NCBI GenBank assembly: GCA_963804995.1
Contig: CAWDSK010000008.1
Span: 94,907-158,906, forward strand
Reading direction: 5' to 3'
From: an uncultured Acidobacteriota bacterium
Lineage (GTDB): Bacteria > Acidobacteriota > Terriglobia > UBA7540
DNA length: 64,000 bases
Shown here: one piece after another, positions 49,674 through 60,073 of the stretch
Numbering within the stretch: the stretch's first letter is position 1
How the letters are laid out: every line of letters begins with the position of its first letter
Translations under genes and position numbers: made by a program
The notes under the pieces: generated by a model
The model's input: the letters and a program-made list of their open reading frames with translations, nothing else
Told to the model about the DNA's origin: nothing
Databases searched by the model: none

Positions 49674-50779
49674 GGAAGTCCGCTCGAACCCAGACGCCGG
49701 TAGAGCGCTTCCGTCCGGCTAACCATTATATCAGCCGCGAACCCCGCAGCTCGTTTGCGCCCCTTCCGACCGAACTCGATGAGGCGTGCCTGGTCGCTCG
49801 CCGCCAGCACAATCGCCTCCGCTAGTGCCTCAGGAGAACCGGAAGGAACCAGCCAGCCGGTCTCATTCTCCGCGATAACTTCCGGAAGGCCCCCCACTCG
49901 TGACCCCACCACCGGCAGCCCATACGCCATGGCCAACAGCGCCGCCGAGCCGAGACCTTCAGACTTCGATGGCATGATGAACAGGTCGAGGGCAGGGAAG
50001 AAATCCGCGAGGTTCTCGACATCATTCCGGACCTGAGCGCGCTCGCCGTACTGCGCCAAGCTGTGCTTGAGAGTGCCATGGAGTAGCCCTTTATCCGCCA
50101 GCACCAGTCGCGCCTGAGGCAGCCGTTCGGCAAGAAGCCCAAAAGCATCGAGGGCGATGTCCTGGCCTTTTTCCGCGGTGAAGGCTCCCAATTGGCCCAC
50201 CACAAAGTCTTCCGCGCGCAGTCCCCAGGAGGTCCGAATCCGCGACTTGTCCTCGGGGCCAGGTAGAACTGCCGGGAGTTCGATGCCATCGGGGATGACT
50301 GTGACTCGCTCACGCGGCACGCCTGCCTGGACCACAAGTTCGCGAATGTATTCTGAAACCGTTACCACCGCGTGGCACGTATATCGGTACTTCAGTGGGA
50401 ACGTCCAGCGGTCTGCCGGGAAGAAGGTAACGCGCCGGCTGGCAATCCGCCGCACCGGCATACCTAGGGATGCGAACCAGGCGAGCGTCTGACCGCGTCC
50501 GTCGTGAGCGTGCAGGATCCGGGTGGCGGAGGTTCGGAGCTGTTGGCGCAACAGCAGAATTCCCAAGGCATGCGCCGGGTCGTTGGGCGGGAGGGAGAAA
50601 ACCCGGAAACCTTCCTGCGTGGCGTGCGCTTCCAGGCCGCTGCCTTCCAAGCAAACAATTATCTGGTTGTGCCCGCGCGCCCGCAACCCACGCGCAAGCA
50701 GCAGAAGTTGCCGCTGCCCGCCGCGCAGGGTCTTTCCGGTATCAATGTGAGCGATATTGAGCATGGGTTGCGAACTCAT
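49670..50779 (-). CDS. Glycosyltransferase family 4
   Basis: GGQRQ, HAH, KGQ, PSKSEGLG...AMAYGLPVVGSRVGGLPE. Confidence 0.9.
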   Translation of the reverse strand: MSSQPMLNIAHIDTGKTLRGGQRQLLLLARGLRARGHNQIIVCLEGSGLEAHATQEGFRVFSLPPNDPAHALGILLLRQQLRTSATRILHAHDGRGQTLAWFASLGMPVRRIASRRVTFFPADRWTFPLKYRYTCHAVVTVSEYIRELVVQAGVPRERVTVIPDGIELPAVLPGPEDKSRIRTSWGLRAEDFVVGQLGAFTAEKGQDIALDAFGLLAERLPQARLVLADKGLLHGTLKHSLAQYGERAQVRNDVENLADFFPALDLFIMPSKSEGLGSAALLAMAYGLPVVGSRVGGLPEVIAENETGWLVPSGSPEALAEAIVLAASDQARLIEFGRKGRKRAAGFAADIMVSRTEALYRRLGSSGLP

Positions 50780-51154
50780 CGGGGGAGTGTGGCGCGGACC
50801 TGTTCGGTAGTTCCGCGGCTTTTCATGTCTGTGCTACCCTAACTAACCCCTCACCCGTCCCGCCCCGGCTGATGAGTACGCCGGCTGCGGCCCACCCTCT
50901 CCCCTCGGAGAGGGCTATGAATTCAAGTTCTACTGTCATCCGGGCGAGTTAACCTCCCCCTCGGTCCCAGCGGCGGCAGAGGGTTGTATGTCGACAGCTA
51001 ACAGCTTCGGCTGCCCAAAGGGGGCAAGGGCGGCAAATTCAAATCAACTACCGCCTCACCCCTAGGCCAACAAGTTAAATGCATAGCCCTCTCCGAGGGG
51101 AGAGGGTGGACCGCTGCCGGCGCTTTAACCAGCCGGAGCGGGACGGGTGAGGGG

Positions 51155-51907
51155 TCACTTCACAACCTGCCTCATCTCCCCCAACTTCGCGTACTTCCTC
51201 CGCACATATCGCGCTGCCATCTTCGCAATCAGATATCCCTGAAATCCGTCCAGCATGCCGAGGCGCAGGATATAGGAATTCACGAAGATCCAGGGAGGGC
51301 TTAAGGTGCGGCGCAATAAACTTACACTCTCGCCCCGCTCATACATCTCTTTTGCCGCCAAATCGGTGTAATGCTCAATCCGAGCGCGATGTTCGGCGAG
51401 CGAGGCGCAGGTGTAATGGAGGATCTCCCCGGGCAGGGTCTCAACCTTTCCGCTCGCTACGACCGACTCATGAACATAGGCGCCCTGCCAACTGGCGCGG
51501 CGCCGGTCGAAAAGCCGCAGTTTGTAGTCCGGATACCACCCGGAGTGCAGGATCCAGCGGCCCAGGTACTGCGCCCGCCGTGCGAAGCGATACCCCGCGG
51601 CGTCAGGCTTGGCTTGCTTCCAGGCGAGAACGGCGGCCTGCGCCTGCGTGTCCAATTCCTCGTCGGCGTCGAGGCTGAGAATCCAATCGTGCTGGGCCTG
51701 GAGGGTGGCAAAGTTTTTCTGGGCGGCAAAGCCCTCAAAGGGATGGATAATCACGCGGGCACCCAGGCCAGCCGCGATTTCGCGCGTGTTGTCCGTGGAT
51801 TCCGCGTCCACCATCACAATCTCGTCGGCGCAAGAAAGCGAACGAATGGCGCGCGCGATGTTCGCGGCCTCCTGGTGCGTGATGATGACGCCGGAGATGG
51901 GTGGCAT
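51155..51907 (-). CDS. Glycosyltransferase family 2 (KdtX/WaaE-like LPS glucosyltransferase)
   Basis: VDAESTDNT, GFAAQKN, WILSLDADE, GWYPD, VHE. Confidence 0.88.
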   Translation of the reverse strand: MPPISGVIITHQEAANIARAIRSLSCADEIVMVDAESTDNTREIAAGLGARVIIHPFEGFAAQKNFATLQAQHDWILSLDADEELDTQAQAAVLAWKQAKPDAAGYRFARRAQYLGRWILHSGWYPDYKLRLFDRRRASWQGAYVHESVVASGKVETLPGEILHYTCASLAEHRARIEHYTDLAAKEMYERGESVSLLRRTLSPPWIFVNSYILRLGMLDGFQGYLIAKMAARYVRRKYAKLGEMRQVVK

Positions 51908-51917
51908 GGATCGTTAC

Positions 51918-52160
51918 TCGGGATACGGAACACGGGGTACGGGAAACGGGATACGAGCATAGCGAACAGGGGTCGGGAGTTCGGTAAGGACGCTGCTCCC
52001 GGAATCTAACTGCCTCGGTCCGCACCAGCCAGTTCGGATCGGGCCCGCCGCCCCTGATCCCGCGTCCCGTGCCCCGTATCCCGTGTTCCCAACCCCCGCG
52101 CCCTATACTCGTATCCCGTTTCCCGTACCCCGTATCCCGTATTACGTTTCCCGTATTCCA
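51918..52160. repeat. 7-mer inverted array (CGGGATA / TATCCCG)
   Basis: CGGGATACGGAACACGGGGTACGGGAAACGGGATA vs two blocks of TCCCGT(A/T/G) heptamers. Confidence 0.85.
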
Positions 52161-52582
52161 AGTCCCGGCCCCTTAAGAAACAGGTCACGGTACTTGTCGG
52201 GCAGGGAACGAGGGTGCCCATCGCGGTCCGTGATCACGTGCACCGTCTCTCCCTCCGCCAGAAGTTCGTCCGTGGATTCTCGGTAGACCTCATATCCGAA
52301 AATCAGCACGCGTCGGCGCATCGCTTTCAGGCACGTGCGGATAATGATTTCGTCGTCGTAACGAGCCGGAGCTTTATAACGGCAGCGCGCCTCCGCCACC
52401 ATTATGTAAAGGCCATCCTGCTGTTCCATTTCGCGGTAGGCGAAACCGTGTTGCCGGCAAAAGTCGGTGCGCCCAATCTCAAACCAAACCAGATAATTCG
52501 CGTAGTAGACCACCCCCATTTGATCCGTCTCGGCGTAACGGACTTGCAGGGTGGTGGCTGTCCACGAAAGTTCAGAATCCAT
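52142..52582 (-). CDS. Acyl-CoA thioesterase (YbgC/4HBT hot-dog family)
   Basis: VRYAETDQMGVVYYANYLVWFEIGR. Confidence 0.92.
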   Translation of the reverse strand: MDSELSWTATTLQVRYAETDQMGVVYYANYLVWFEIGRTDFCRQHGFAYREMEQQDGLYIMVAEARCRYKAPARYDDEIIIRTCLKAMRRRVLIFGYEVYRESTDELLAEGETVHVITDRDGHPRSLPDKYRDLFLKGPGLGIRET

Positions 52583-52672
52583 AAGGGCAATCAGCTTTCT
52601 CGGGAACCGTAAATTTGTTGCTACGCAGGCAGTTTATAGCAAAATCCCGGCGACGCAAAATCTGCGCGTCTC

Positions 52673-52790
52673 GTAGGGGCTGGGCCTGCCCTGCCCGAGG
52701 GCGCCCCAAGGGTTCCCCTACAAAAGCAGCCGTGGGCAGCCTTTTACTTTGGCACTTTGCATTTTGCGTTTTGCATTTTGACTTTCTTTT
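52673..52790. repeat. GTAG...CTAC REP doublet followed by TTTTGC heptamers
   Basis: GTAGGGGCTGGGCCTGCCCTGCCC-GGGCGCCCCAAGGGTTCCCCTAC then TTTGCATTTTGCGTTTTGCATTTTGAC. Confidence 0.7.
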
Positions 52791-52831
52791 GCGGCTCCGC
52801 AAAGGTGCGCTACATGATATGCCTGCCGGAA

Positions 52832-53251
52832 TCACAGAAGGCTCTCGCCCACATCATCCACGGGGTTGCTGAGGACCTGGCGGAGGGAATTGAAGTACCC
52901 GCGCAACAAAGGTTCGAAAAAGCGGCGGTGGCCCTCGACGGGAGAGAGTTCGACTTCGACGTTACCCTCGCCGGCGCGTTCGGCCTGCGCAAAGAATTCT
53001 TTCGCGGTTGCCCAGTATAAAGTTACGTCGGGCCGCTTGCTGGGGCGCCGCTCAAATTCAAACCTGCCGCGCGCGAGGAACACGGTCCACGTCATGTTCC
53101 AGTCTTCCAGAACCCAGAGCGTCGTAAGCTCCGTTTCGCGAATATGCTGCCGCAGGGCTTTGTTCCGCCCGGAGAGCACAAAGGCCCGCTGGACCATGCG
53201 GCGCGCTGCGCGCTTGGAAAAAGTTAGTTCGGAATTTTCGGGTTCGAGCAT
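52832..53251 (-). CDS. Hypothetical protein, possibly SCP2-like lipid carrier fold
   Basis: WTVFLARGRFEF...PDVTL pattern within an acyl-CoA cluster; start uncertain. Confidence 0.45.
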   Translation of the reverse strand: MLEPENSELTFSKRAARRMVQRAFVLSGRNKALRQHIRETELTTLWVLEDWNMTWTVFLARGRFEFERRPSKRPDVTLYWATAKEFFAQAERAGEGNVEVELSPVEGHRRFFEPLLRGYFNSLRQVLSNPVDDVGESLL

Positions 53252-53539
53252 CTCAGGGTTTGTCAAAGAGACGGTTTCATTTCTGATCCGGAACCCCCTC
53301 ACGCCCGGCCCCTTTCCCCCAAAGGGGCGAGGGGAGAGTTCATTCTTAGCTTACGGGGCTCTGTCCTTGGGGACAGGATTCTGGCGACTGAAATCTGAGA
53401 ACTCTAGACTGATTACCCTCGCCCCTTTGGGGGAGAGGGTGGACCGCAACCGGCGTTCTCACCAGCCGGGGCGGGCCGGGTGAGGGGGTCCCCCGGATCG
53501 AATTGAGAACCAACACCCCTTATATGAGCGCCCCTGCCC

Positions 53540-54157
53540 CTAACGCCCAGGTTTCGCCCACGCCCGAAAATTAGCAACAAGCGTCTCCGCCCGGTTCGCC
53601 GCTGCGCTCATCAGGTCTCGCGAAGAAACGAGCTCATCAACCAATCCCATGGTTAAAGCCTGCGTAGCCGGGATGCGCTCGGCCGTCAGCAGCATCTGGA
53701 GCGCAGCCGACTTGCCCACCAAGCGCGGCAAGCGTTGCGTTCCTCCCCAACCGGTTATCAATCCCAAGGCCGCCCCAGGATGTCCAAACGAGGAGTCGTA
53801 GGTTGCCACGCGGCCATGACAGGCGATCGCCAGGTCGAGTCCTCCCCCCAAGCAATACCCTCGAATCGCGGCCACCACGGGGAAGGGAGTAGTTCGAATC
53901 CGGCGGCAAGTGTCCTGGCCAAGCTCGGCGAATTCTCTGGCCACCAGACCTTCGACCGCCGCCACCTCCTCGATATCAGCCCCGGAGGCAAAGGATTGCG
54001 GGCTGGAGGCGATCACGGCGGCCGTGAACAGTCCCGCGTATCTTACCTCGTCGAGCAGTTCATTTAATTCGGTAAGAACTGCGCGCGTCAAACGTGGGTA
54101 CCCTGCCGGCGGAGCAAACGCCAACACGGCCACCGAATCCTGACTGGAGAGTTCCAT
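53540..54157 (-). CDS. Enoyl-CoA hydratase/isomerase (crotonase) family, atypical active site
   Basis: FASGADI, AAIRGYCLGGGLDLA, GWGGTQRLPRLVG. Confidence 0.88.
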   Translation of the reverse strand: MELSSQDSVAVLAFAPPAGYPRLTRAVLTELNELLDEVRYAGLFTAAVIASSPQSFASGADIEEVAAVEGLVAREFAELGQDTCRRIRTTPFPVVAAIRGYCLGGGLDLAIACHGRVATYDSSFGHPGAALGLITGWGGTQRLPRLVGKSAALQMLLTAERIPATQALTMGLVDELVSSRDLMSAAANRAETLVANFRAWAKPGR

Positions 54158-54166
54158 GTTAAGTAC

Positions 54167-54308
54167 AGTGGCTAGTGGTTAGTGGCTAGTGGTTAGTGGC
54201 TAGTGGTTAGTGGCTAGTGGTTGGTCGAAGCCCTGGGCCTCAGCCTGGACCTTGCTAGCCACTAACCACTAACCACTAGCCACTGCACTTCTAGCCACTC
54301 GCCACTGT
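54167..54308. repeat. 7-mer inverted array (AGTGGCT/AGTGGTT vs AGCCACT/AACCACT)
   Basis: Eight tandem heptamers, then inverted copies; same family at 61821-61950. Confidence 0.92.
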
Positions 54309-54704
54309 CCTTCTCACATTCTTTCGTATGAATTCCACAATCGTTTGGGTTGAGGCGCCCGGCTGAAAGACCTCGGATACCCCTGCTTGCTTGAGCGCGG
54401 GGATGTCCTCATCGGGGACAATCCCTCCCACGACAAGCAGGACATCCGTCATGCGCTCGGCGCGCAGCAATTCGCAGATGCGGGGAACGATGGTGTTGTG
54501 GGCGCCGGAAAGAATCGAAATTCCGATGGCGTCCACATCCTCCTGGAGAGCGGCACTCGAAATCTGCTCCGGGGTCTGGCGCAGGCCCGTGTAAATCACT
54601 TCCATGCCGGCGTCACGGAGGGCGCGAGCCACAATTTTGGCCCCGCGGTCATGGCCGTCCAGGCCGGGCTTGGCAACTAACACGCGAATTCGTTGATCGG
54701 GCAT
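54291..54704 (-). CDS. icmB: Cobalamin-binding small subunit of acyl-CoA mutase (IcmB-like)
   Basis: [24 protein letters not shown]. Confidence 0.8.
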   Translation of the reverse strand: MPDQRIRVLVAKPGLDGHDRGAKIVARALRDAGMEVIYTGLRQTPEQISSAALQEDVDAIGISILSGAHNTIVPRICELLRAERMTDVLLVVGGIVPDEDIPALKQAGVSEVFQPGASTQTIVEFIRKNVRRTVASG

Positions 54705-54755
54705 AAGGGAAATTCTGAATTATGAATTCTGAATGCTGAATTCATAATTGCTTTT

Positions 54756-55295
54756 CTAACCAAACACTGATTTTAAATCGAGAGAGAAGCCAGGGAGCAG
54801 ATCATGGTCTTCAAGCGTCGCATGCTCGCGGCGGATAAAGCTGCCACCGTCGGCGCGGAAAACCTGCACATCTCGGGTCTTGGGATAGAAGACCCATGCC
54901 GCCTTAGCCCCGGCGGCGAGATACTGCTTAACCTTCTGCGTCAGTCCCTCCGCGAGATCGGGGGGCGAGACAACTTCGATGGCGAGCGCTGGAGCACCCT
55001 GAATGCGTCTGTCCAGGTCAATTTCACGCATCCGGTCGGCCGGCACTAAGGAGACATCCGGAATTCGCACGGTCTCGGGCGAGAGTTGGTAGCCGGTTTC
55101 CAGGAAGACTCTGCCCAGGTTGCGCGGGTGAACAAAATCCCTTAACACAGCCGCAACGTTGTCTCTTACCCAATTATGTCTCGGCATTGGCTCGGTCATG
55201 GTGACAACTTCCCCCTCGTTGAGCTCATAACGGATTCCTTCCCGGATGGGGAGCTGATCGAATTGCTCAATCGTTAAAAGGGTCTTCGTTGCCAT
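54756..55295 (-). CDS. Uma2 (DUF820) family PD-(D/E)XK endonuclease-like protein
   Basis: RYELNEGEV, RIPDVS, PALAIEVVSP, KVKQYL.AG, LLPGF. Confidence 0.9.
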   Translation of the reverse strand: MATKTLLTIEQFDQLPIREGIRYELNEGEVVTMTEPMPRHNWVRDNVAAVLRDFVHPRNLGRVFLETGYQLSPETVRIPDVSLVPADRMREIDLDRRIQGAPALAIEVVSPPDLAEGLTQKVKQYLAAGAKAAWVFYPKTRDVQVFRADGGSFIRREHATLEDHDLLPGFSLDLKSVFG

Positions 55296-55372
55296 GTAAC
55301 ACTCTCCCCTTGATCCAACTCCTGGTTCAAAGTTGGTTTGCGGCTCACCTTTGCTTACCACTCGCCAATATT

Positions 55373-57106
55373 CTACCGGAAGGCCGGCTCCTCATACGTG
55401 CCAAAAACTTTGCGCAGCACGTCGCACATTTCACCCACCGTTGCGTAAGCGCGCACGCCTTCGAGGATATAGGGCATCAGGTTTGCGTCGGTTGCCGCGG
55501 CGCATCCCAGGGCCTCGAGGGCCGACTGCACACGGGCATTATCGCGCTGGCGGCGCAACTGGTCCAGTCTTTCACAATGGCGGCGCGCCACGCTTTCGTC
55601 AATCGTCAGGATTTCAATGGGGCGATTCTCGTCCGTCATGAAATCGTTGACCCCGACGATGATTTTCTCCTTGCGTTCGACGGCCTGTTGATAGGCGTAG
55701 GCGGCGTCGTGAATTTCCTTCTGCGGGTAGCCGCGTTCGATGGCCGGCACCATGCCGCCCATGGCATCGATTTTCTGGAAGTAGTCGTAGCAGGCACGTT
55801 CGGTATCAAGCGTGAGCTTCTCGATAAAGTAGGAGCCGCCCAGGGGGTCCACGGTATTTGCGACACCACTCTCATGGGCCAGCACCTGCTGGGTGCGCAG
55901 GGCGATGGTGACGGCCTCTTCGGTGGGCAATGCCCAAGCCTCGTCGAGAGAATTTGTGTGCAGCGATTGGGTCCCGCCCAGCACGGCGGCCAGCGCCTGA
56001 AGGGTGGTTCGAACCACGTTGTTGTACGGCTGCTGAGCGGTCAGCGAACACCCCGCCGTCTGCGTATGGAAGCGGCAGAGCCAGGAACGGGGATTCTGCG
56101 CGCCAAACCGCTCGCGCATCACCTGCGCCCAGATCTTCCGCGCCGCCCGGTATTTCGCGACTTCCTCAAACAAATCGCTGTGGGCGTTGAAGAAGAAACT
56201 GAGGCGCGGCGCGAAATCGTCCACATCCATGCCCGCGCGCTTAACCCACTCCACGTACTCGATCCCGTCGCGCAGGGTAAAGGCCAACTCCTGTACGGCC
56301 GTCGAGCCTGCCTCCCGAATGTGGTAGCCGCTAATGGAAATGGGATTCCAGCGTGGCACCTGGCGCGCTCCGAAAGTGATGGTGTCGACCACCAGGCGCA
56401 GGGAGGGAGCGGGCGGGTAGATATACTCCTTCTGGGCTATATATTCCTTCAGAATATCGTTCTGCGTAGTGCCGGAAATCCTCTTCCAGTCCGCCCCACT
56501 CTTCTCTGCCACCACCAGATACATCGCCCAGATGATCGCCGCGGGCGAATTGATGGTCATGGAGGTCGTGACCTGCTCGAGCGGCAAGCCCGTGAGCAGG
56601 GTTTCCATGTCCGCGAGCGAGGAGATGGCCACGCCGCACTTGCCCACCTCACCCTCGGCCAGGGCGTGGTCGCTGTCATAGCCCATCAGCGTGGGTAAAT
56701 CGAAGGCGATGGAAAGGCCCGTCTGACCTTGCTTCAGCAGATAGTGCAGGCGCTGGTTGGTGTCCTCCGGACTGCCGAAGCCGGAGAACTGGCGCATCGT
56801 CCACAGCCTGCCCCGGTACATGGTGCGGTGAATTCCGCGGGTGTAAGGATACCCGCCCGGGTCACCGAGCTCCGCGGAGTAATCAAAGTTGGGGAGATCG
56901 GCAGGAGTGTAAAGACGCGCAATCGGTACGCCGGAAAGGGTGGTGAACTCGCGCTGGCGCTCCGGGGAGTGTTCAAGCGAAGGCTTGAGGATTTCTGTTT
57001 CCCAGCGCTGTTCGCCAATCGACGCTTGGCGAGGAGAAATCGCGTTTTCGACCGCCCCACTCGCTTTGCCTGGTTTGCTCACGTCGATTCTTAGCCCCAA
57101 AGGCAT
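55373..57106 (-). CDS. icmA: B12-dependent acyl-CoA mutase large subunit, isobutyryl-CoA mutase-type signature
   Basis: [44 protein letters not shown]; no B12 domain. Confidence 0.75.
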   Translation of the reverse strand: MPLGLRIDVSKPGKASGAVENAISPRQASIGEQRWETEILKPSLEHSPERQREFTTLSGVPIARLYTPADLPNFDYSAELGDPGGYPYTRGIHRTMYRGRLWTMRQFSGFGSPEDTNQRLHYLLKQGQTGLSIAFDLPTLMGYDSDHALAEGEVGKCGVAISSLADMETLLTGLPLEQVTTSMTINSPAAIIWAMYLVVAEKSGADWKRISGTTQNDILKEYIAQKEYIYPPAPSLRLVVDTITFGARQVPRWNPISISGYHIREAGSTAVQELAFTLRDGIEYVEWVKRAGMDVDDFAPRLSFFFNAHSDLFEEVAKYRAARKIWAQVMRERFGAQNPRSWLCRFHTQTAGCSLTAQQPYNNVVRTTLQALAAVLGGTQSLHTNSLDEAWALPTEEAVTIALRTQQVLAHESGVANTVDPLGGSYFIEKLTLDTERACYDYFQKIDAMGGMVPAIERGYPQKEIHDAAYAYQQAVERKEKIIVGVNDFMTDENRPIEILTIDESVARRHCERLDQLRRQRDNARVQSALEALGCAAATDANLMPYILEGVRAYATVGEMCDVLRKVFGTYEEPAFR

Positions 57107-57167
57107 GGTAGTGCAGGGCTCGTTTTAAAGTCAAACTGGGACGGTCAGTCCAATTAACAATTCCTTA

Positions 57168-59150
57168 CTACGGCTTTTCGGGAATGGGGCGATCCGCGGA
57201 GCCGGGAATATTGGGAGGGTGGGTCACCGTTCCTTGAATGGCGTCATCCAAAACCAGGTTGTAGTCGGAAAGGATGGTTCCCACCGCTTGCCGGTATTGC
57301 GTAATCGCCTTGGCGTAAGTCGAGCGCGCCGTAACTTCGTTCCCCTCCGCGGTCGCCAAATCGCGTTGTGCCTGAATGACCAGGAAGACCGTGGACTCGC
57401 CCAACTGGAATTTCTTCTGTTCAGCGTCGAGGGTTTGTTTATAGAGGATGGTAGCCTTGACGGTGGCATCGATTTGGGCTTTGGCTTGGATGACCCCAAT
57501 TTCCGCGGTGCGCACCTGCTGGGCGATATTGTTCTTCCATTGCTGCAACTGGGTCTCGAGCATCCGCCGCTCTAGGAGCGCGCGGGCAGCATCCGCCTGC
57601 GCGGAACGGTTGCGAAACGGGATGGAGAGATTGAGGCCGAAAGCGTAGTTGGGGTAGTGGCCCTGGATGGTTTGGCTAAGAGCTTGTGAAACTCCGCCGC
57701 TGGACGTTCCCGTCGGGACCAGCTTGGAACCGTTGGCTTCGACGCAACCCGCTCCATAGGCCGAGGACCCCGAGGGGCAAAGAAGTTGATCACCGGACAA
57801 GCCCGTAGCACTGTAGGTACCGAAGACGTTCAGAGAAGGGAGCAGGCCGTTTCGCGCGCGCGCAATCGTCATATCCTGATCTTTGAACTTCAATTCCGTC
57901 TGCTCGATTTCGGGGCGATTGGCAAAGGCTCGCCGCAACGCCTCTTCCAGGGGTGGAACGTCATCCGGCCGTGGTTCGGGAAGCTTGTCCTCGGTTTCAA
58001 TCTGCGCGGCGGCCAAATCCGGTCCGACTTGCCGGGCCAGCGCTGTCTTAATCAGTTCGGCTTGCTGTTGCAGGTTGGTCTGGGCCACGATCAGTGCCTG
58101 CTGGTCTCCGGCCACCTCGGATTCCGCCCGCACCACTTCAATCGGCGCGAGGGTTCCAATTTCCACCTGCTTCCTGTTGTCACTCAGCAGCTTTTGGGAA
58201 AAAGCCAGGGCCTGCTCCTTCACGCGCACATTTTCTTTGAACGAGAGGTAATCCCAGTACTCGTTCAGGATAGTCCCCAAGGTAGTGATGACCTGCTGGC
58301 GAAAGACTGAGTCGGCTACTTTCACGTCGTTCTTGGCGATGCGGATTTGCGCGGAGTTGGCGCGCCGGCCATATCCATTCAATAGATTTTGGGTAAAGCC
58401 CACGGCCATGTAGGTTTCGACATAAGGGTTAAAGACCGGAGTGAGCGAGGTGTTCGACCCGCGCTGGCCCGCCACGATGACCTCATAACTGGTGCCTGTC
58501 TGGAAGGCTTGGGTAATGCCGGTTGCATAAGTTGTTCCCTGAGAGGTCTCAAAAGGGACGCCGGTCACCACCGTGGTTCCCAAGGGTGTGGTATTGCGGT
58601 CCCAGCCGAGCGAGAAAAAGGCGGAGGGGTCAAAGGAGCCACCCCCCAATTGCGTGGCGCTGGCACTGCCGGAAATTCCACCCGCCCCGCCACTGACTCC
58701 AGCACCTCCCGCGCTGACACTGCTGCCGACGGCCCCGGAGAACAGCGCTGAGGACTGGAATGACCCTGTGAATCCGCGGGCGGCGCCACCACCCTGCGTG
58801 CGGAGGACATCCGTATGCGAATAGGCGATGTTATAGCGCGCCACGGCGATATCGAGATTGTTCTCCAGTGCCAATTCAATCGTGTCTTGGAGGGAAAGGC
58901 GCAGCTTGCCATCTCTGAGCAAGGAGTGCAAACGTTCCGAGTTGCTCATTTTTGTTTCGGGAACATAGGGTGTCTGGTATGGGTCCCAGAAAGTAGGGAA
59001 CCAACGTGTGTTCCCGAAATTCATGTCGGTAATGGGGGCAGGCGCCGCTACTGGCTCAGGCTTGACCTCTTGGGCACAGAGACCTGCTGCGGCGACTAAC
59101 GTACTTATTACTAACCAGGACGTGATCAGGCTTGGCCGGTAAGGCTTCAT
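57168..59150 (-). CDS. TolC family outer membrane efflux protein
   Basis: Signal peptide, LSLQDTIELALENNLDI, LLPSLN, EQKKFQLGEST...AQRDL. Confidence 0.88.
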   Translation of the reverse strand: MKPYRPSLITSWLVISTLVAAAGLCAQEVKPEPVAAPAPITDMNFGNTRWFPTFWDPYQTPYVPETKMSNSERLHSLLRDGKLRLSLQDTIELALENNLDIAVARYNIAYSHTDVLRTQGGGAARGFTGSFQSSALFSGAVGSSVSAGGAGVSGGAGGISGSASATQLGGGSFDPSAFFSLGWDRNTTPLGTTVVTGVPFETSQGTTYATGITQAFQTGTSYEVIVAGQRGSNTSLTPVFNPYVETYMAVGFTQNLLNGYGRRANSAQIRIAKNDVKVADSVFRQQVITTLGTILNEYWDYLSFKENVRVKEQALAFSQKLLSDNRKQVEIGTLAPIEVVRAESEVAGDQQALIVAQTNLQQQAELIKTALARQVGPDLAAAQIETEDKLPEPRPDDVPPLEEALRRAFANRPEIEQTELKFKDQDMTIARARNGLLPSLNVFGTYSATGLSGDQLLCPSGSSAYGAGCVEANGSKLVPTGTSSGGVSQALSQTIQGHYPNYAFGLNLSIPFRNRSAQADAARALLERRMLETQLQQWKNNIAQQVRTAEIGVIQAKAQIDATVKATILYKQTLDAEQKKFQLGESTVFLVIQAQRDLATAEGNEVTARSTYAKAITQYRQAVGTILSDYNLVLDDAIQGTVTHPPNIPGSADRPIPEKP

Positions 59151-60073
59151 TTGGATATCCCTCTCCCCTACAGCAAGATGTTTCGCTCTTGGCACTACCG
59201 TAGTCTTACGTAATGTTTGGACGCAAAGTTTCACGGGAAGTCAGCAGCAGTCAGCCGCCATGTTCCACAAATGCCAGCCGATAGGGCGGGCGCGTTTGTA
59301 CGTTACAAACCGCCCGGCGCGTCGAAATATATCCAGCATTGGTTTTTCATCTGCGTAGACTGGCAAACTGTAGATTTCCATCGTCCGATGGTTTGGAAAT
59401 GCCCCATCGATCGAGGGCGCACCACAAAATAGAAAGCGAGAGTTTACCATCCGCATGCTGGTCAAACAACTTTAGAGGACAGGAGTTGATCTACCAACCC
59501 TCCCCGTGATAATCCAAATACAGTCCTGCACGTTGCCTGCCTTGGGAACCGGATCACAATTCTATATTTTTCAGATACTTGCGCGAGGCCCACTTGCTCC
59601 TTGCCGCAAGCCACTGTCCGTTCCTGGGAATATACAGTTCGATACCGAACACGGGAATCCCGGGCCGCCGGCGGAATTGGAAAACCTGAGCCGTGGTGGG
59701 AAGGGGTTTTCTCTGAACAAGCTTTTTCACAAAGAGCGGAGCGCCACGGAGATGGGCCGAAGCGCTGCGTGGATTGCCGGGAGCAAGCCGCCCGTAACAC
59801 CCATTCCCAGAGCGAATATAATTCCCCCCAAGAGCAGGCTGGGCGTAATCCTGAAGGCGAAGGCCAGGTGGGAGAAGGTCTGCCAGTTCATGGCGCCGGT
59901 GGTGAAGCCATTGAGCGGCAGAACCGCCAGGCAGCCAATGGCGCCTCCCACAAAAGAGATCAGCACGGCCTCAATCAGAAAGGAGAAGACGACCGCGACG
60001 GCGCCGAAGCCCAACGCCCGCATGACCGCGATTTCGCGCCCGCGTTCCGAAACCGCGGAATACATGGTATTAA

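Noticed and set aside
54167..54308. Tandem repeats as a CRISPR array
   Set aside because: 7-nt period with no unique spacers; no cas genes
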